From NCBI GenBank assembly GCA_030390025.1, contig JASTWF010000335.1:310001-374000 (forward strand): a stretch of 64,000 nucleotides of DNA, in the 5' to 3' direction. A model generated the notes under the pieces. The model was not told the DNA's origin, ran no database searches, and saw only the letters and a list, made by a program, of their open reading frames with translations. The position numbers were made by a program, and so were the translations under genes. The stretch is from Squalus acanthias. Lineage: Eukaryota. Of the stretch, positions 1 through 13,891 are shown piece by piece (position 1 is the first letter of the stretch; each line of letters starts with the position of its first letter).

Positions 1-2875
1 TCTGCTTGCAAAAGCCTTGAACTCCGCTGACGTGAAGGCTGCTCCATTGTCTGAAACCAGCACGTCGGGGACCCCATGTGTGGCAAACAGCAAATGCAAC
101 GTGTTGATCACTGCCCTGGATGTCATGGAGTTCATAATAGCCACCTCCAGCCATTTCGAATGCGAATCAACCACTATTAAAAAGACCTTCCCCTGAAAAG
201 GCCCTGCAAAGTCAACGTGGAGTCTTGACCATTTACGAGTGGTCCACTCCCAGGGGTGAAGGGGAGCCTTGGGTGGGCTATGGCAGGTCAGCTGACATGT
301 CTCACAGCTCTTTACCACCTCCTCCACGTCTTGGTCCAACCCCGGCCACCAGACGTAGCTTCTCGCCAACGCCTTCATGTGCACAATCCCAGGGTGTGAG
401 TCATGCAGCATTTTCAGCACCTCCTCTCTTGCGGCGGCAGGAACCACCACATGGCTTCCCCAGAGCACACAGTTCCTGTGTGCAGACATTTCATGGCACC
501 TCTGAACGAAGGGCTTGAAACGCTCCTCCTGGACCTCGGAGGGCCAGCCGTGCAGCAGCCAGCGTAGCACCCGTGATAAGACTGGATCCTTCTGTGTGAG
601 GCTGCCAATCCGCTGGGCATGGAGTGGGGCCTCCGGGACCTGCTCCAGTAGCAGCACCTCCAGGGGTGGTGGCGTCTCAGCCATCGGCCGGTTCAAAGGC
701 AAGCGACTCAGAGCATCAGCATTAGCCAGCATCTTCCCAGGCCTGTAGCAAAGTTCATAACTGTAGGCCCCCAACATCAGACTCCACCGAAGCATACGCG
801 GTGATATGATCAGGGGCATGGGCTTGGAGTGATGCAGGAGCCCCAAGAGTGGCTTGTGGTCCGTGTAGATGACGAACTGTCTCCCTAACAGGTACTGGCT
901 GAACTTCTTTACCCCAAATATGATGGCTAAGGCCTCCTTGTCAATCTGGGCGTAGTTACGTTCTGTTGTTGAGAGTGTTCTTGAGGCAAAACTGATAGGC
1001 GCCTCCCGGCCATCTGGCTCTATGTGACCCAATAGAGCTCCCAGCCCGTATGGTGAGGCATCACACACCAACACCAATGGTTTGTTTTCATCATAGTGTG
1101 CCAGAACCTTATCTGCTTGTAGCAGTTCCTTTGCCTGTCTGTAGGCTGTTTCATGATCTGAGGTCCAGTTCCACACTGTTGCTTGGTCTAACAGCCTGTG
1201 CAGTGGCTCTAAGATTGTGGCTTTGCCCTTGAGAAAACAACTGTAGAAGTTTAACAGTCCGAGGAATGCCTTCAGTTCGGTCTTGTTCTTGGGGTTGGGA
1301 GCGCTCCTGATAGCCTCCACCTTATCCGTAGTCGGATGCACACCGTCTTTGTCCACTCGGAATCCCAAGAACTCCACCCCATTGGCAGCGAACACACATT
1401 TCTCCTTCTGAAGGCGTAGTCCTACCTCAGCCAGCCGGCGTAGTACTTCCTGCAGCCGCTCATCATGGGCTTCCTGTGTCTTGCCTGTAATTAGTATGTC
1501 ATCCAGGTAAGGCTGAATCCCGGAACACCAGCCAACAGGGTGTCCATGAACCTCTGAAAGATTGCCACAGCCGTCGACACCCCAAACTGCAGCCTTGCGG
1601 CTCGGAAAAGTCCTCTGTGGGTGTTGATTGTCAATAGCTCGGCTGACTTTTCATCCAGGACCAGTTGCTGGTATGCTTGCTTGAGATCCAGCTTGGTGAA
1701 CAGGGTGCCTCCAGCCAGTGTTGAGAACAGCTCTGTAACTGTTGGTAAGGGATACACATCTGGTAGCACAGCAGTATTAACCGTACATCTGTAATCTCCA
1801 CAGATTCGCAGGCCCCCATCCTTCTTTGCAATGGGCACGATAGGGGTGGCCCAACGGGAGTTCTTCACTGGTATAAGAACCCCTTGGTTCACCAGCTTAT
1901 CCAGGGTCTCATCCACCTTCTTGCGCAACGCAAAAGGAACTGGTCGCGCCTTGAAGAACTTAGGCGCTACCCCTGGGTCCACTTCGATTGAGACTGGCGG
2001 TCCCCGACAGGCCCCGAGCTCACCAAAAACCTCTTCATAGTTCTCCAACATAGGCATTATGGGCTGTCGCTGTACCGTGTGTACTCCTGTCACTCCAATA
2101 CCAAGGGGCTCAAACCAATCTCTGCCCAGCAGGCTTGTGCCCTGCCCCGCCACCACATAAAGCGGAAGTGTGTCCTTGACTGCCCGATACTTAACTTTCA
2201 CATGAATCATACCCAGCACTTGGAGTTGGGCTTGGGACCACTGCCGTAGCACGCCACTGACCTGAGCCATCACCGGGGGTTCACTTGGCCACAGCCTATT
2301 GTAAGTCTCTTCACTTATCAACGAACACGCTGAGCCTGAATCCACCTCCATGCCGAGTGGTGCCCCATTCACGATCACATTTGCTGTGTATCCCCACCGT
2401 CTGTGGTGTCGCTGCTCAGCCTCCGTGGTATACACTGTATACTCATCGTTGTCCTCCCGTGTCAGGGTGTGTGTCTGCGATGCTTGTGTTGGCTCTGCTG
2501 CAGCAGCCTGAGCTTTCTTCATGCAGACACGAGCTATGTGTCCTCTTTTCTTACAGAAATGACATACCGCTGACACAAATTTGCATGTAGTGGCACCATG
2601 GAGAGCCCCACAGCGGAAACATTTTCTTCCTGTCTGTTTAGTTGCCTCCTTGTCACTCGCAGCATCAGCTGCGTGTGTGGTCTTGTGCACACCCTCGGCG
2701 GCCCGAGGTGGCGCTGCTTCTATACGTAGCATACCTGTGTTCATCGACGCAGCCTCTGCTGCTAAAGCCTTCTCCTCGGCCAGTCGGAACGTCAGGGCCT
2801 TGTCCGCTAACAGCTGTTTCTGCAATGCCGAGTCCAGCACTCCACACACAATCCGATCACGGAGCATATTGTCTA
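1..2875 (-). mobile_element. Ty3/Gypsy LTR retrotransposon gag-pol remnant (zinc knuckle, protease, RT, RNase H, integrase), frameshifted, runs off the window
   Basis: ORF 1491-2954 has the CCHC knuckle CHFCKKRGHIARVC, protease EVDSGS and RT LRICGDYR/FTKLDL. YLDD lies in a shifted frame near 1500. Manual minus-strand translation of 1-400 gives integrase motifs HPGIVHMKALARSYVWWP, RLHVDFAGPF and LVSDNG. No LTR seen. Confidence 0.93.
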
Positions 2876-2949
2876 AATGGCCCCTGCAGGCTCCAGCCCC
2901 TCCCTCTCTGTATGGCCGGGGGACTGGGTCAAAAGCAATCTCAAAACAC

Positions 2950-3416
2950 AACACTGAGCCCCCCCCTCACACAGAGCAGGAAAGGCCCAGGCTCCATCCC
3001 CGGCCTGTGCTGAGTGAGCTGATCTCACACCCGGTGTGGTACTGAGCCTCCCACACACAGAGCAGGAAAGGCCCAGGCTCCATCCCCGGCCTGTGCTGAG
3101 TGAGCTGATCTCATACCCGGTCTGGTACTCAGCTCCCAACACAGAGAACAGGAAAGGCCCAGGCTCCATCCCCGGCCTGTGCTGAGTGAGCTGATCTCAC
3201 ACCTGGTCTGGTACTCAGCTCCCAACACAGAGAACAGGAAAGGCCCAGGCTCCATCCTCGGCCTGTGCTGAGTTAGCCTGATCTCACACCCGGTCTGGTA
3301 CTGAACCCCCCCCACACACACACACACACAGAGCAGGAAAGGCCCAGGCTCCATCCCCGGCCTGTGCTGAGTTAGCCTGATCTCACACCCAGTGTAGTAC
3401 TGAGCCCACACACACA
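2950..3416. repeat. about 86-bp tandem repeat, left part (about 5.5 units)
   Basis: Unit ACAGAGCAGGAAAGGCCCAGGCTCCATCCCCGGCCTGTGCTGAGTGAGCTGATCTCACACCCGGTGTGGTACTGAGCC.. recurs at 2971, 3057, about 3143, 3229 and 3328. Confidence 0.9.
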
Positions 3417-6400
3417 CTGATTACACCTGTGGGAAGTGCACCCATCTCCAGCTCCTCGAAAACCGTGTTAGGGAACTGTAGCTGGAGCTGGATGAACTTC
3501 GGATCATTCGGGAGGCAGAGGAGGTCATAGATAGAAGCTTCAGGGATGTAATTACTCCAAAGCATGAAGATAGATGGGTGACGGTGAGAGGGGCTAGGAG
3601 GAAGCAGTCAGTGCAGGGATCCTCTGTGGTCGTTCCCCTCAGTAACAGGTATACCGCTTTGAATACTGTTGAGGGGGACGACTTACCAGTGGTAAGCCAC
3701 GGTGACCGGATCTCCGGCGCTGGGTCCGTCCCTGTGGCTCAGAAGGGAAGGGGGGAGAGCAGGAGAGCAATAGTTATTGGGGACTCAATAGTCAGAGGGA
3801 CAGATAGGAGGTTCTGTGGCAGCAAAAGAGACTCACGGATGGTATGTTGCCTCCCGGGTGACAGGGTCCGTGACGTCTCGGACCGTGTTTTCAGAATCCT
3901 CAAAGGGGAAGGGGAACAATCACAAGTCGTGGTACACATCGGTACCAACGACATAGGTAGGAGAAGGGACGGGGATTTAAAACAGGAATTTAGGGAGCTA
4001 GGTTGGAAGCTGAGAGCCAGTACAAACCATGTTGTAATTTCTGGTTTGTTGCCGGTGCCACGTGCTAGCGAGTTGAGGAACAGGGAGAGAGTGCAGATAA
4101 ACACGTGGCTGCAGGGATGGTGTAGGGGGGAGGGTTTCAGTTATGTGGATAATTGGAGCACATTCTGGGGAAGGTGGGACCTGTACAAACAGGACGGTTT
4201 GCACCTGAACCAGAGGGGCACCAATATCCTGGGAGGGAAATTTGCTACGGCTCTTCGGGGGGGTTTAAACTAATTTGTCAGGGGGATGGGAAAAAGGGCT
4301 GTAGTCCACGAGCCAGTGGTGAGTGTAGGGAGGTACTGAGGAGGGTATCAAGGAATGTACCGGCAGACAGGAAGATGGCTTGAAGTGTGTCTACTTCAAT
4401 GCAAGGAGCATCCGGAATAAGGTAGGAGAACTTGGAGCGTGGATTGGTACTTGGGACTACGATGTGGTGGCCATTACGGAGACATGGTTAGAACAGGGAC
4501 AGGAATGGTTGTTGGAAGTTCCGGGGTATAGATGTTTCAGTAAGAGTAGGGAAGTTGGTAAGAAAGGTGGAGGAGTAGCATTGTTAATCAAGGATAGTTT
4601 AACAGCGGCAGAAAGGCAGTTCGAGGGGATCTGCCGTCTGAGGTAATATGGGCTGAAGTTAGAAATAGGAAAGGAGCGGTCACGTTGTTAGGAGTTTTCT
4701 ACAGGCCCCCAAATAGTAATAAAGATGTGGAGGAAGAAATTGCAAAGCAGATTATGAATAGGTGTGGAGGTCACAGAGTAGTTGTCATGGGTGACTTCAA
4801 CTTTCCAAATATTGATTGGAACCTTTATAGGTCAAACAGTTCGGATGGGATAGTTTTTGCACAGTGTGTGCAGGAGGGTTTCCTGACACAATATGTGGAT
4901 AGGCCGACAAGAGGTGGGGCCACGTTGGATTTGGTACTGGGTAATGAACCGGGCCAAGTGTTTGATTTGTATGTGGGAGAGCACTTTGGAGATAGTGACC
5001 ACAATTCGGTAACTTTCACTATTGCAATGGAGAGGGATAGGGCCATACGGCAGGGCAGGGTTTATAATTGGGGGAGGGGTAATTATGATGCGATTAGGCA
5101 AGAATTAGGGAGTATAAGATGGGAACAGAAACTATCAGGGAACGGCACAAACGAAAAGTGGAGCTTTTTCATGGAGCAATTACTGCGTGTCCTTGATAGG
5201 TATGTCCCTGTCAGGCAGGGAGAAAATGGCCGAGTGAGAGAACCATGGTTCACAAAAGAGGTTGAATGTCTAGTCAAGAGGAAAAAGGAAGCGTATGTAA
5301 GGATGAGAAAACAAGGTTCAGTTGGGTCGATTGAGGGGTACAAGGTAGCAAGGAATGAGCTAAAATAAGAGCTTAGGAGAGCTAGGAGGGGGCATGAGAA
5401 GTCCTTGGCGGGTCGGATCAAGAAAAACCCCAAGGCTTTTTACTCTTATGTGAGAAATAAAAGAATGACCAGGGTGAGGGTAGGGCCGGTCAAGGACAGT
5501 AGTGGGAACTTGTGCATGGAGTCAGAAGAGATAGGAGAGGTGATGAATGAATACTTTTTCGTCAGTGTTCACCGAGGAGAGGGGCCATGTTCTTGAGGAT
5601 GAGAGTGTGATAAAGGTGGATAGGCTGGAGGTGGTAGATGTTCTGAGGGAAGATGTTTTAGCAATTTTGAAGAACCTGAGGGTCGATAAGTCCCCTGGGC
5701 CAGATGGGATATATCCTAGGATTCTTTGGGAGGCAAGGGAGGAGATTGCAGAGCCTCTGGCTTTGATCTTTGGGTCCTCACTGTCCACGGGGATGGTGCC
5801 AGAGGACTGGAGAGTGGCGAATGTTGTTCCTCTCTTCAAGAAAGGAAATAGGAATGACCCTGGTAATTATAGGCCGGTTAGTCTTACTTCGGTGGTTGGT
5901 AAGATAATGGAAAAGGTCCTGAGGGATAGGATTTATGACCATTTGGAAAGGGGCAACTTAATCAGGGATAGTCAACACGGATTCGTGAAGGGTAAGTCTT
6001 GCCTAACAAATTTGATTGAATTCTTTGAGGAGGTAACTAAGTGTGTAGATGAAGGTAGAGCAGTTGATGTCGTATACATGGATTTTAGTAAGGCGTTTGA
6101 TAAGGTTCCCCATGGTCGTCTCATGAAGAAAGTAAGGAGTTGTGGGATAGAGGGAAATTTGGCCGATTGGATAAGTAACTGGCTATCTCATAGAAGGCAG
6201 AGGGTGGTGGTGGATGGAACATTTTCGGACTGGAGACCAGTTACCAGCGGTGTGCCACAGGGGTCGGTGCTGGGTCCTCTGCTGTTTGTGATTTTTATCA
6301 ATGACTTGGAGGAGGGGACTGAAGGGTGGATCAGTAAATTTGCTGATGACACCAAGATTGGTGGAGTAGTGGATGAGGTGGAGGGCAGTTGTAGGCTGCA

Positions 6401-7241
6401 AAGAGACATTGATAGGATGCAGAGCTGGGCCGAAAAATGGCAGATGGAATTTAACCCTGATAAGTGCGAGGTGATTCATTTTGGTAGGGCAAATTTGAAT
6501 AAGGATTACAGGGTCAACGGCAGGGTTCTGAGGAACGTGGAGGAGCAGAGGGATCTGGGGGTTCATATCCACAGATCTCTGAAGGTTGCCACTCAAGTGG
6601 ATAGAGCAGTAAAGAAGGCCTATGGTGTGTTGGCGTTTATTAACAGAGGGTTTGAGTTTAAGAACCGTGAGGTTATGCTGCAACTGTACAGGACCTTGGT
6701 GAGACCACATTTGGAATATTGTGTGCAGTTCTGGTCACCTCACTATAGGAAGGACGTGGAAGCATTGGAAAGAGTGCAAAGGAGATTTACCAGGATGCTG
6801 CCTGGTTTGGGGGGGAGGTCTTATGAGGAAAGATTGAGGGAGTTGGGGCTTTTCTCTTTAGAGCGGAGGAGGATGAGAGGCGACTTAATAGAGGTTTATA
6901 AGATGATGAGGGGGATAGATAGAGTGAATGTTCAGAGACTATTTCCTCGGGTAGAGGCAGCTGTTACAAGGGGGCATAACTATAAGGTGCATGGGGGGAG
7001 ATATAGAAGGGATGTCCGAGGTAGATTCTTTACTCAGAGAGTGGTTGGGGTGTGGAATGGACTGCCTGCTGTGATAGTGGAGTCGGACACTTTAGGAACT
7101 TTCAAGCGGTTATTGGATAAGCACATGGAGCACACCAGAGTGATAGGGAGTGTGATAGCTTGATCTTGGTCTCGGACAATGCTCGGCACAACATCGAGGG
7201 CCGAAGGGCCTGTACTGTGCTGTACTGTTCTATGTTCTATG
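3417..7241 (+). mobile_element. Near full-length CR1 LINE: ORF1 (zinc finger/leucine zipper remnant plus SGNH esterase) and ORF2 (APE endonuclease plus RT), disrupted
   Basis: ORF1 motifs IGDS, HIGTND, DGLH (3578-4273). Endonuclease YFNARS, ITETWL, MGDFN, SDH (4380-5368). [20 protein letters not shown] (5547-7163). Tail GTTCTAT repeats near 7227-7241. Frameshifts near 4640 and 5560, stop at 5366. Confidence 0.96.
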
Positions 7242-7458
7242 AAAGGCCCGGCTCCATCCTCGGCCTGTGTTGAATGAGCTGATCTCACACCCGGTGTGGT
7301 ACTGAGCCCCACACACACACACACAGAGCAGGAAAGGCCCAGGCTCCATCCCCGGCCTAGTGCTGAGTGAGCCTGATCTCACCTGGTGTGGTACTGAGCC
7401 CCCCACACACACACAGAGCAGGAAAGGCCCAGGCTCCATCCCCGGCCTGTGCTCAGTT
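7242..7458. repeat. about 86-bp tandem repeat, right part (about 2.5 units)
   Basis: Same unit as 2950-3416 resumes directly after the CR1 tail. Confidence 0.88.
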
Positions 7459-7857
7459 CGCAGATTTTACATGTAGCATGCTTATGTCACACTTCAAAGC
7501 ATCTAAAGTATATTTCTGACCTTGATAACCTGGCTGATCACCAAGGACAGGAGTGCTCCGGGTAATATCACTCAGCATCTAGTCTCTGACTGACCTCTAG
7601 ACTGACCTATTTACAACCTGACCAGTTGCTTCAAGGGATAGGCCAGGTATAAAACGCAGCACCATCTCAGCGGCTAAACATCACATCTGCTCTCCAGCCC
7701 CCAGGTTACCCGCGGCTAACAGTTTGCATATTTTCAGTTAGTTTGCCCCCTCCTCCCTCACCTACTTTCTCCCCACACTCTAGAGATTCAGTTTCTCTAA
7801 TCTCTGCTTGGCCCTGGGGATCCATCTCTTTTGCTCTTTTCCATATCCTTTGTAATC

Positions 7858-8378
7858 ACATAAAATTTACAGCACAGAAACAGGCCATTGGGCCCAACAG
7901 GTCAAGCTGGTGTTTATGTTCCACATGAGCCTCCTCCCTGCCCTCTTCATATAACACCATCAACTTACCCTTCTATTCCTTTCTCCCTCATGTGCTTATC
8001 TATAGCTTCCCCTTAACTGCATCTCCGCTATTCGCTACACCCACTCCCTGTGGGAGCGAGTTCCACATTCTCCCCACTCTCTGGGTAAGAGTTTCTCCTG
8101 AATTCCCGATTGGATTTATTAGTGACTCTCTTATATTGATGGCCCCCCTAGTCCTGGTCTCCCCCACAAGTGGAAACATCTTCTCTACGTCTACTCTATC
8201 GAACCCTGTCATAATATTAATGACCTCTATCAGGTCACCCCCTCAGTCTTCTCTTTTTTAGAGAAAAGAGCCCCTGCTTGTTTAGCCTTTCCTGATTGTT
8301 ACAACCTCTCAGTTCTGGTGTCATCCTTGTAGATCATTCTTCCATCTTCTCCAGCGCCTCCATATCCTTTTCATAATG
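7858..8378 (-). mobile_element. CR1 LINE 3-prime fragment (left flank of the 39-bp satellite)
   Basis: Minus-strand GFDRVDVEKMFPLVGETRTRG..TQRVGRMWNSLPQ and KDMEALEK. Confidence 0.88.
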
Positions 8379-11300
8379 TAGAGACCGGAACTGGGCACAG
8401 TAACTCCAAGTGTGATATGGAGACCAGAACGGTGCACAGTAACTCCAAGTGTGATATGGAGACCAGAACTGTGCACAGTAACTCCAAGTGTGATATGGAG
8501 ACCAGAACTGTGCACAGTAACTCCAAGTGTGATATGGAGACCAGAACTGTGCACAGTAACTCCAAGTGCGATATGTAGACCAGAACTGTGCACAGTAACT
8601 CCAAGTGTGATATGGAGACCAGAACTGTGCACAGTAACTCCAAGTGAGATATGGAGACCAGAACTGTGCACAGTAACTCCAAGTGTGATATGGAGACCAG
8701 AACTGTACACAGTAACTCCAAGTGTGATATGGAGACCAGAACTGTGCACAGTAACTCCAAGTGTGATAAGGAGACCAGAACTGTGCACAGTAACTCCAAG
8801 TGTGATATGGAGACCAGAACTGTGCACAGTAACTCCAAGTGCGATATGGAGACCAGAACTGTGCACAGTAACTCCAAGTGCGAATGGAGACCAGAACTGT
8901 GCACAGTAACTCCAAGTGTGATATGGAGACCAGAACTGTGCACAGTAACTCCAAGTGCGATATGGAGACCGGAACTGTGCACAGTAACTCCAAGTGTGAT
9001 ATGGAGACCGGAACTGTGCACAGTAACTCCCAGTGTGATATGGAGACCAGAACTGTGCACAGTAACTCCAAGTGTGATATGGAGACCAGAACTGTGCACA
9101 GTAACTCCAAGTATGATATGGAGACCAGAACTGTGCACAGTGCTCCAAGTATGATATGGAGACCAGAACTGTGCACAGTAACTCCAAGTGCGATATGGAG
9201 ACAAGAACTGTGCACAGTAACTCCAAGTGCGATATGGAGACCAGAACTGTGCACAGTAACTCCAAGTGCGATATGGAGACCAGAACTGTGCACAGTAACT
9301 CCAAGTGTGATATGGAGTCCAGAACTGTGCACAGTAACTCCAAGTGTGATATGGAGTCCAGAACTGTGCACAGTAACTCCAAGTGTGATATGGAGTCCAG
9401 AACTGTGCACAGTAACTCCCAGTGTGATATGGAGACCAGAGCTGTGCACAGTAACTCCAAGTGTGATATGGAGTCCAGAACTGTGCTTAGTAACTCCCAG
9501 TGTGATATGGAGACCAGAACTGTGCACAGTAACTCCAAGTGTGATACGGAGACCAGAACTGTGCACAGTAACTCCAAGTGTGATATGGAGTCCAGAACTG
9601 TGCACAGTAACTCCCAGTGTGATATGGAGTCCAGAACTGTGCACAGTACTCCAAGTGTGAGAGACCAGAACTGTGCACAGTAACTCCAAGTGTGATATGG
9701 AGACCAGAACTGTGCACAGTAACTCCAAGTGTGATATGGAGACCAGAACTGTGCACAGTAACTCCAAGTGTAATATGGGGACCAGAACTGTGCACAGTAA
9801 CTCCAAGTGTGATATGGGGACCAGAACTGTGCACAGTAACTCCAAGTGTGATATGGAGTCCAGAACTGTGCACAGTAACTCCAAGTGTGATATGGAGACC
9901 AGAACTGTGCACAGTACTCCAAGTGTGATATGGAGACCAGAACTGTGTACAGTAACTCCAAGTGTGATATTGAGACCAGAACTGTGCACAGTAACTCCAA
10001 GTGTAATATGGAGACCAGAACTGTGCACAGTAACTCCAAGTGTGATATGGGGACCAGTACTGTGCACAGTAACTCCAAGTGTGATATTGAGACCAGAACT
10101 GTGCACAGTAACTCCAAGTGTGGTATGGGGACCAGTACTGTGCACAGTAACTCCAAGTGTGATATGGAGACCAGAACTGTGCACAGTAACTCCAAGTGTG
10201 ATATGGAGACCAGAACTGTGCACAGGACTCCAAGTGTGATATGGAGACCAGAACTGTGTACAGTAACTCCAAGTGTGATATTGAGACCAGAACTGTGCAC
10301 AGTAACTCCAAGTGTAATATGGAGACCAGAACTGTGCACAGTAACTCCAAGTGTGATATGGGGACCAGTACTGTGCACAGTAACTCCAAGTGTGATATTG
10401 AGACCAGAACTGTGCACAGTAACTCCAAGTGTGGTATGGGGACCAGTACTGTGCACAGTAACTCCAAGTGTGATATGGAGACCAGAACTGTGCACAGTAA
10501 CTCCCAGTGTGATATGGGGACCAGAACTGTGCACAGTAACTCCAAGTGTGATATGGAGACCAGAACTGTGCACAGTAACTCCAAGTGCGATATGGAGTCC
10601 AGAACTGTGCACAGTAACTCCAAGTGGGATATGGAGACCAGAACTGTGCACAGTAACTCCAAGTGTGATATGGAGACCAGAACTGTGCACAGTAACTCCA
10701 AGTGCGATATGGAGTCCAGAACTGTGCACAGTAACTCCAAGTGTGATATGGAGACCAGAACTGTGCACAGTAACTCCAAATGTAATATGGAGACCAGAAC
10801 TGTGCACAGTAACTCCAAGTGTGATATGGGGACCAGAACTGTGCACAGTAACTCCAAGTGTGATATGGAGTCCAGAACTGTGCACAGTAACTCCAAGTGC
10901 GATATGGAGTCCAGAACTGTGCACAGTAACTCCCAGCGTGATATGGAGACCAGAACTGTGCACAGTAACTCCAAGTGCGATATGGAGACCAGAACTGTGC
11001 ACAGTAACTCCAAGTGTGATATGGAGACCAGAACTGTGCACAGTAACTCCAAGTGTGATATGGAGACCAGAACTGTGCACAGTAACTCCAAGTGTGATAT
11101 GGAGTCCAGAACTGTGCACAGTAACTCCAAGTGTGATATGGAGTCCAGAACTGTGCACAGTAACTCCCAGTGTGATATGGAGTCCAGAACTGTGCACAGT
11201 ACTCCAAGTGTGAGAGACCAGAACTGTGCACAGTAACTCCAAGTGTGATATGGAGACCAGAACTGTGCACAGTAACTCCAAGTGTGATATGGAGACCAGA

Positions 11301-13891
11301 ACTGTGCACAGTAACTCCAAGTGTAATATGGGGACCAGAACTGTGCACAGTAACTCCAAGTGTGATATGGGGACCAGAACTGTGCACAGTAACTCCAAGT
11401 GTGATATGGAGTCCAGAACTGTGCACAGTAACTCCAAGTGTGATATGGAGACCAGAACTGTGCACAGTACTCCAAGTGTGATATGGAGACCAGAACTGTG
11501 TACAGTAACTCCAAGTGTGATATTGAGACCAGAACTGTGCACAGTAACTCCAAGTGTAATATGGAGACCAGAACTGTGCACAGTAACTCCAAGTGTGATA
11601 TGGGGACCAGTACTGTGCACAGTAACTCCAAGTGTGATATTGAGACCAGAACTGTGCACAGTAACTCCAAGTGTGGTATGGGGACCAGTACTGTGCACAG
11701 TAACTCCAAGTGTGATATGGAGACCAGAACTGTGCACAGTAACTCCAAGTGTGATATGGAGACCAGAACTGTGCACAGGACTCCAAGTGTGATATGGAGA
11801 CCAGAACTGTGTACAGTAACTCCAAGTGTGATATTGAGACCAGAACTGTGCACAGTAACTCCAAGTGTAATATGGAGACCAGAACTGTGCACAGTAACTC
11901 CAAGTGTGATATGGGGACCAGTACTGTGCACAGTAACTCCAAGTGTGATATTGAGACCAGAACTGTGCACAGTAACTCCAAGTGTGGTATGGGGACCAGT
12001 ACTGTGCACAGTAACTCCAAGTGTGATATGGAGACCAGAACTGTGCACAGTAACTCCCAGTGTGATATGGGGACCAGAACTGTGCACAGTAACTCCAAGT
12101 GTGATATGGAGACCAGAACTGTGCACAGTAACTCCAAGTGCGATATGGAGTCCAGAACTGTGCACAGTAACTCCAAGTGGGATATGGAGACCAGAACTGT
12201 GCACAGTAACTCCAAGTGTGATATGGAGACCAGAACTGTGCACAGTAACTCCAAGTGCGATATGGAGTCCAGAACTGTGCACAGTAACTCCAAGTGTGAT
12301 ATGGAGACCAGAACTGTGCACAGTAACTCCAAATGTAATATGGGGACCAGAACTGTGCACAGTAACTCCAAGTGTGATATGGGGACCAGAACTGTGCACA
12401 GTAACTCCAAGTGTGATATGGAGTCCAGAACTGTGCACAGTAACTCCAAGTGCGATATGGAGTCCAGAACTGTGCACAGTAACTCCCAGCGTGATATGGA
12501 GACCAGAACTGTGCACAGTAACTCCAAGTGCGATATGGAGTCCAGAACTGTGCACAGTAACTCCAAGTGTGATATGGAGACCAGAACTGTGCACAGTAAC
12601 TCCAAGTGTGATATGGAGACCAGAACTGTGCACAGTAACTCCAAGTGTGATATGGAGTCCAGAACTGTGCACAGTAACTCCAAGTGCGATATGGAGTCCA
12701 GAACTGTGCACAGTAACTCCAAGTGTGATATGGGGACCAGTACTGTGCACAGTAACTCCAAGTGTGATATGGAGTCCAGAACTGTGCACAGTAACTCCAA
12801 GTGTGATATGGAGTCCAGAACTGTGCACAGTAACTCCAAGTGTGATATGGGGACCAGTACTGTGCACAGTAACTCCAAGTGTGATATGGAGACCAGAACT
12901 GTGCACAGTACTCCAAGTGTGATATGGAGACCAGAACTGTGCACAGTAACTCCAAGTGTGATATGGAGTCCAGAACTGTGCACAGTAACTCCAAGTGTGA
13001 TATGGGGACCAGTACTGTGCACAGTAACTCCCAGTGTGATATGGGGACCAGAACTGTGCACAGTAACTCCAAGTGTGATATGGAGACCAGAACTGTGCAC
13101 AGTAACTCCCAGTGTGATATGGGGACCAGAACTGTGCACAGTAACTCCCAGTGTGATATGGAGACCAGAACTGTGCACAGTAACTCCCAGTGTGATATGG
13201 AGACGAGAACTGTGCACAGTAACTCCAAGTGTGATATGGAGACCAGAACTGTGCACAGTAACTCCAAGTGTGATATGGAGACCAGAACTGTGCACAGTAA
13301 CTCCCAGTGTGATATGGAGACCAGAACTGTGCACAGTAACTCCCAGTGTGATATGGAGACGAGAACTGTGCACAGTAACTCCAAGTGTGATATGGAGACC
13401 AGAACTGTGCACAGTAACTCCAAGTGTGATATGGAGACCAGAACTGTGCACAGTAACTCCAAGTGTGATATGGAGACCAGAACTGTGCACAGTGCTCCAA
13501 GTGTGATATGGAGACCAGAACTGTGCACAGTAACTCCAAGTGTGATATGGAGACCAGAACTGTGCACAGTAACTCCAAGTGTGATATGGAGACCAGAACT
13601 GTGCACAGTAACTCCAAGTGTGATATGGAGACCAGAACTGTACACAGTATTCCAAGTGTGATATGGAGACCAGAACTGTGCACAGCAACTCCAAGTGTGA
13701 TATGGAGACCAGAACTGTGCACAATAACTCCAAGTGTAATATGGAGACCAGAACTGTGCACAGCAACTCCAAGTGTGATATGGAGACCAGAACTGTGCAC
13801 AGTACTCCAAGTGTAATATGGAGACCAGAACTGTGCACAGTACTCCAAGTGTAATATGGAGACCAGAACTGTGCACAGTAACTCCAAGTGT
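8379..13891. repeat. 39-bp minisatellite (about 141 units) derived from the CR1 RT segment PHLEYCAQFWSPY
   Basis: Unit TCCAAGTGTGATATGGAGACCAGAACTGTGCACAGTAAC with 38-bp and 35-bp variants. Both flanks are collinear CR1 sequence. Confidence 0.97.

Noticed and set aside
8379..13891. CRISPR-like array with palindromic repeats
   Set aside because: Units are contiguous with no unique spacers, there are no cas genes, and the context is eukaryotic.
8379..13891. V(D)J recombination signal heptamers (CACAGTA/CACAGTG)
   Set aside because: No ACAAAAACC-like nonamer at 12 or 23 bp and no V/J segments. The motif comes from CR1 coding sequence.
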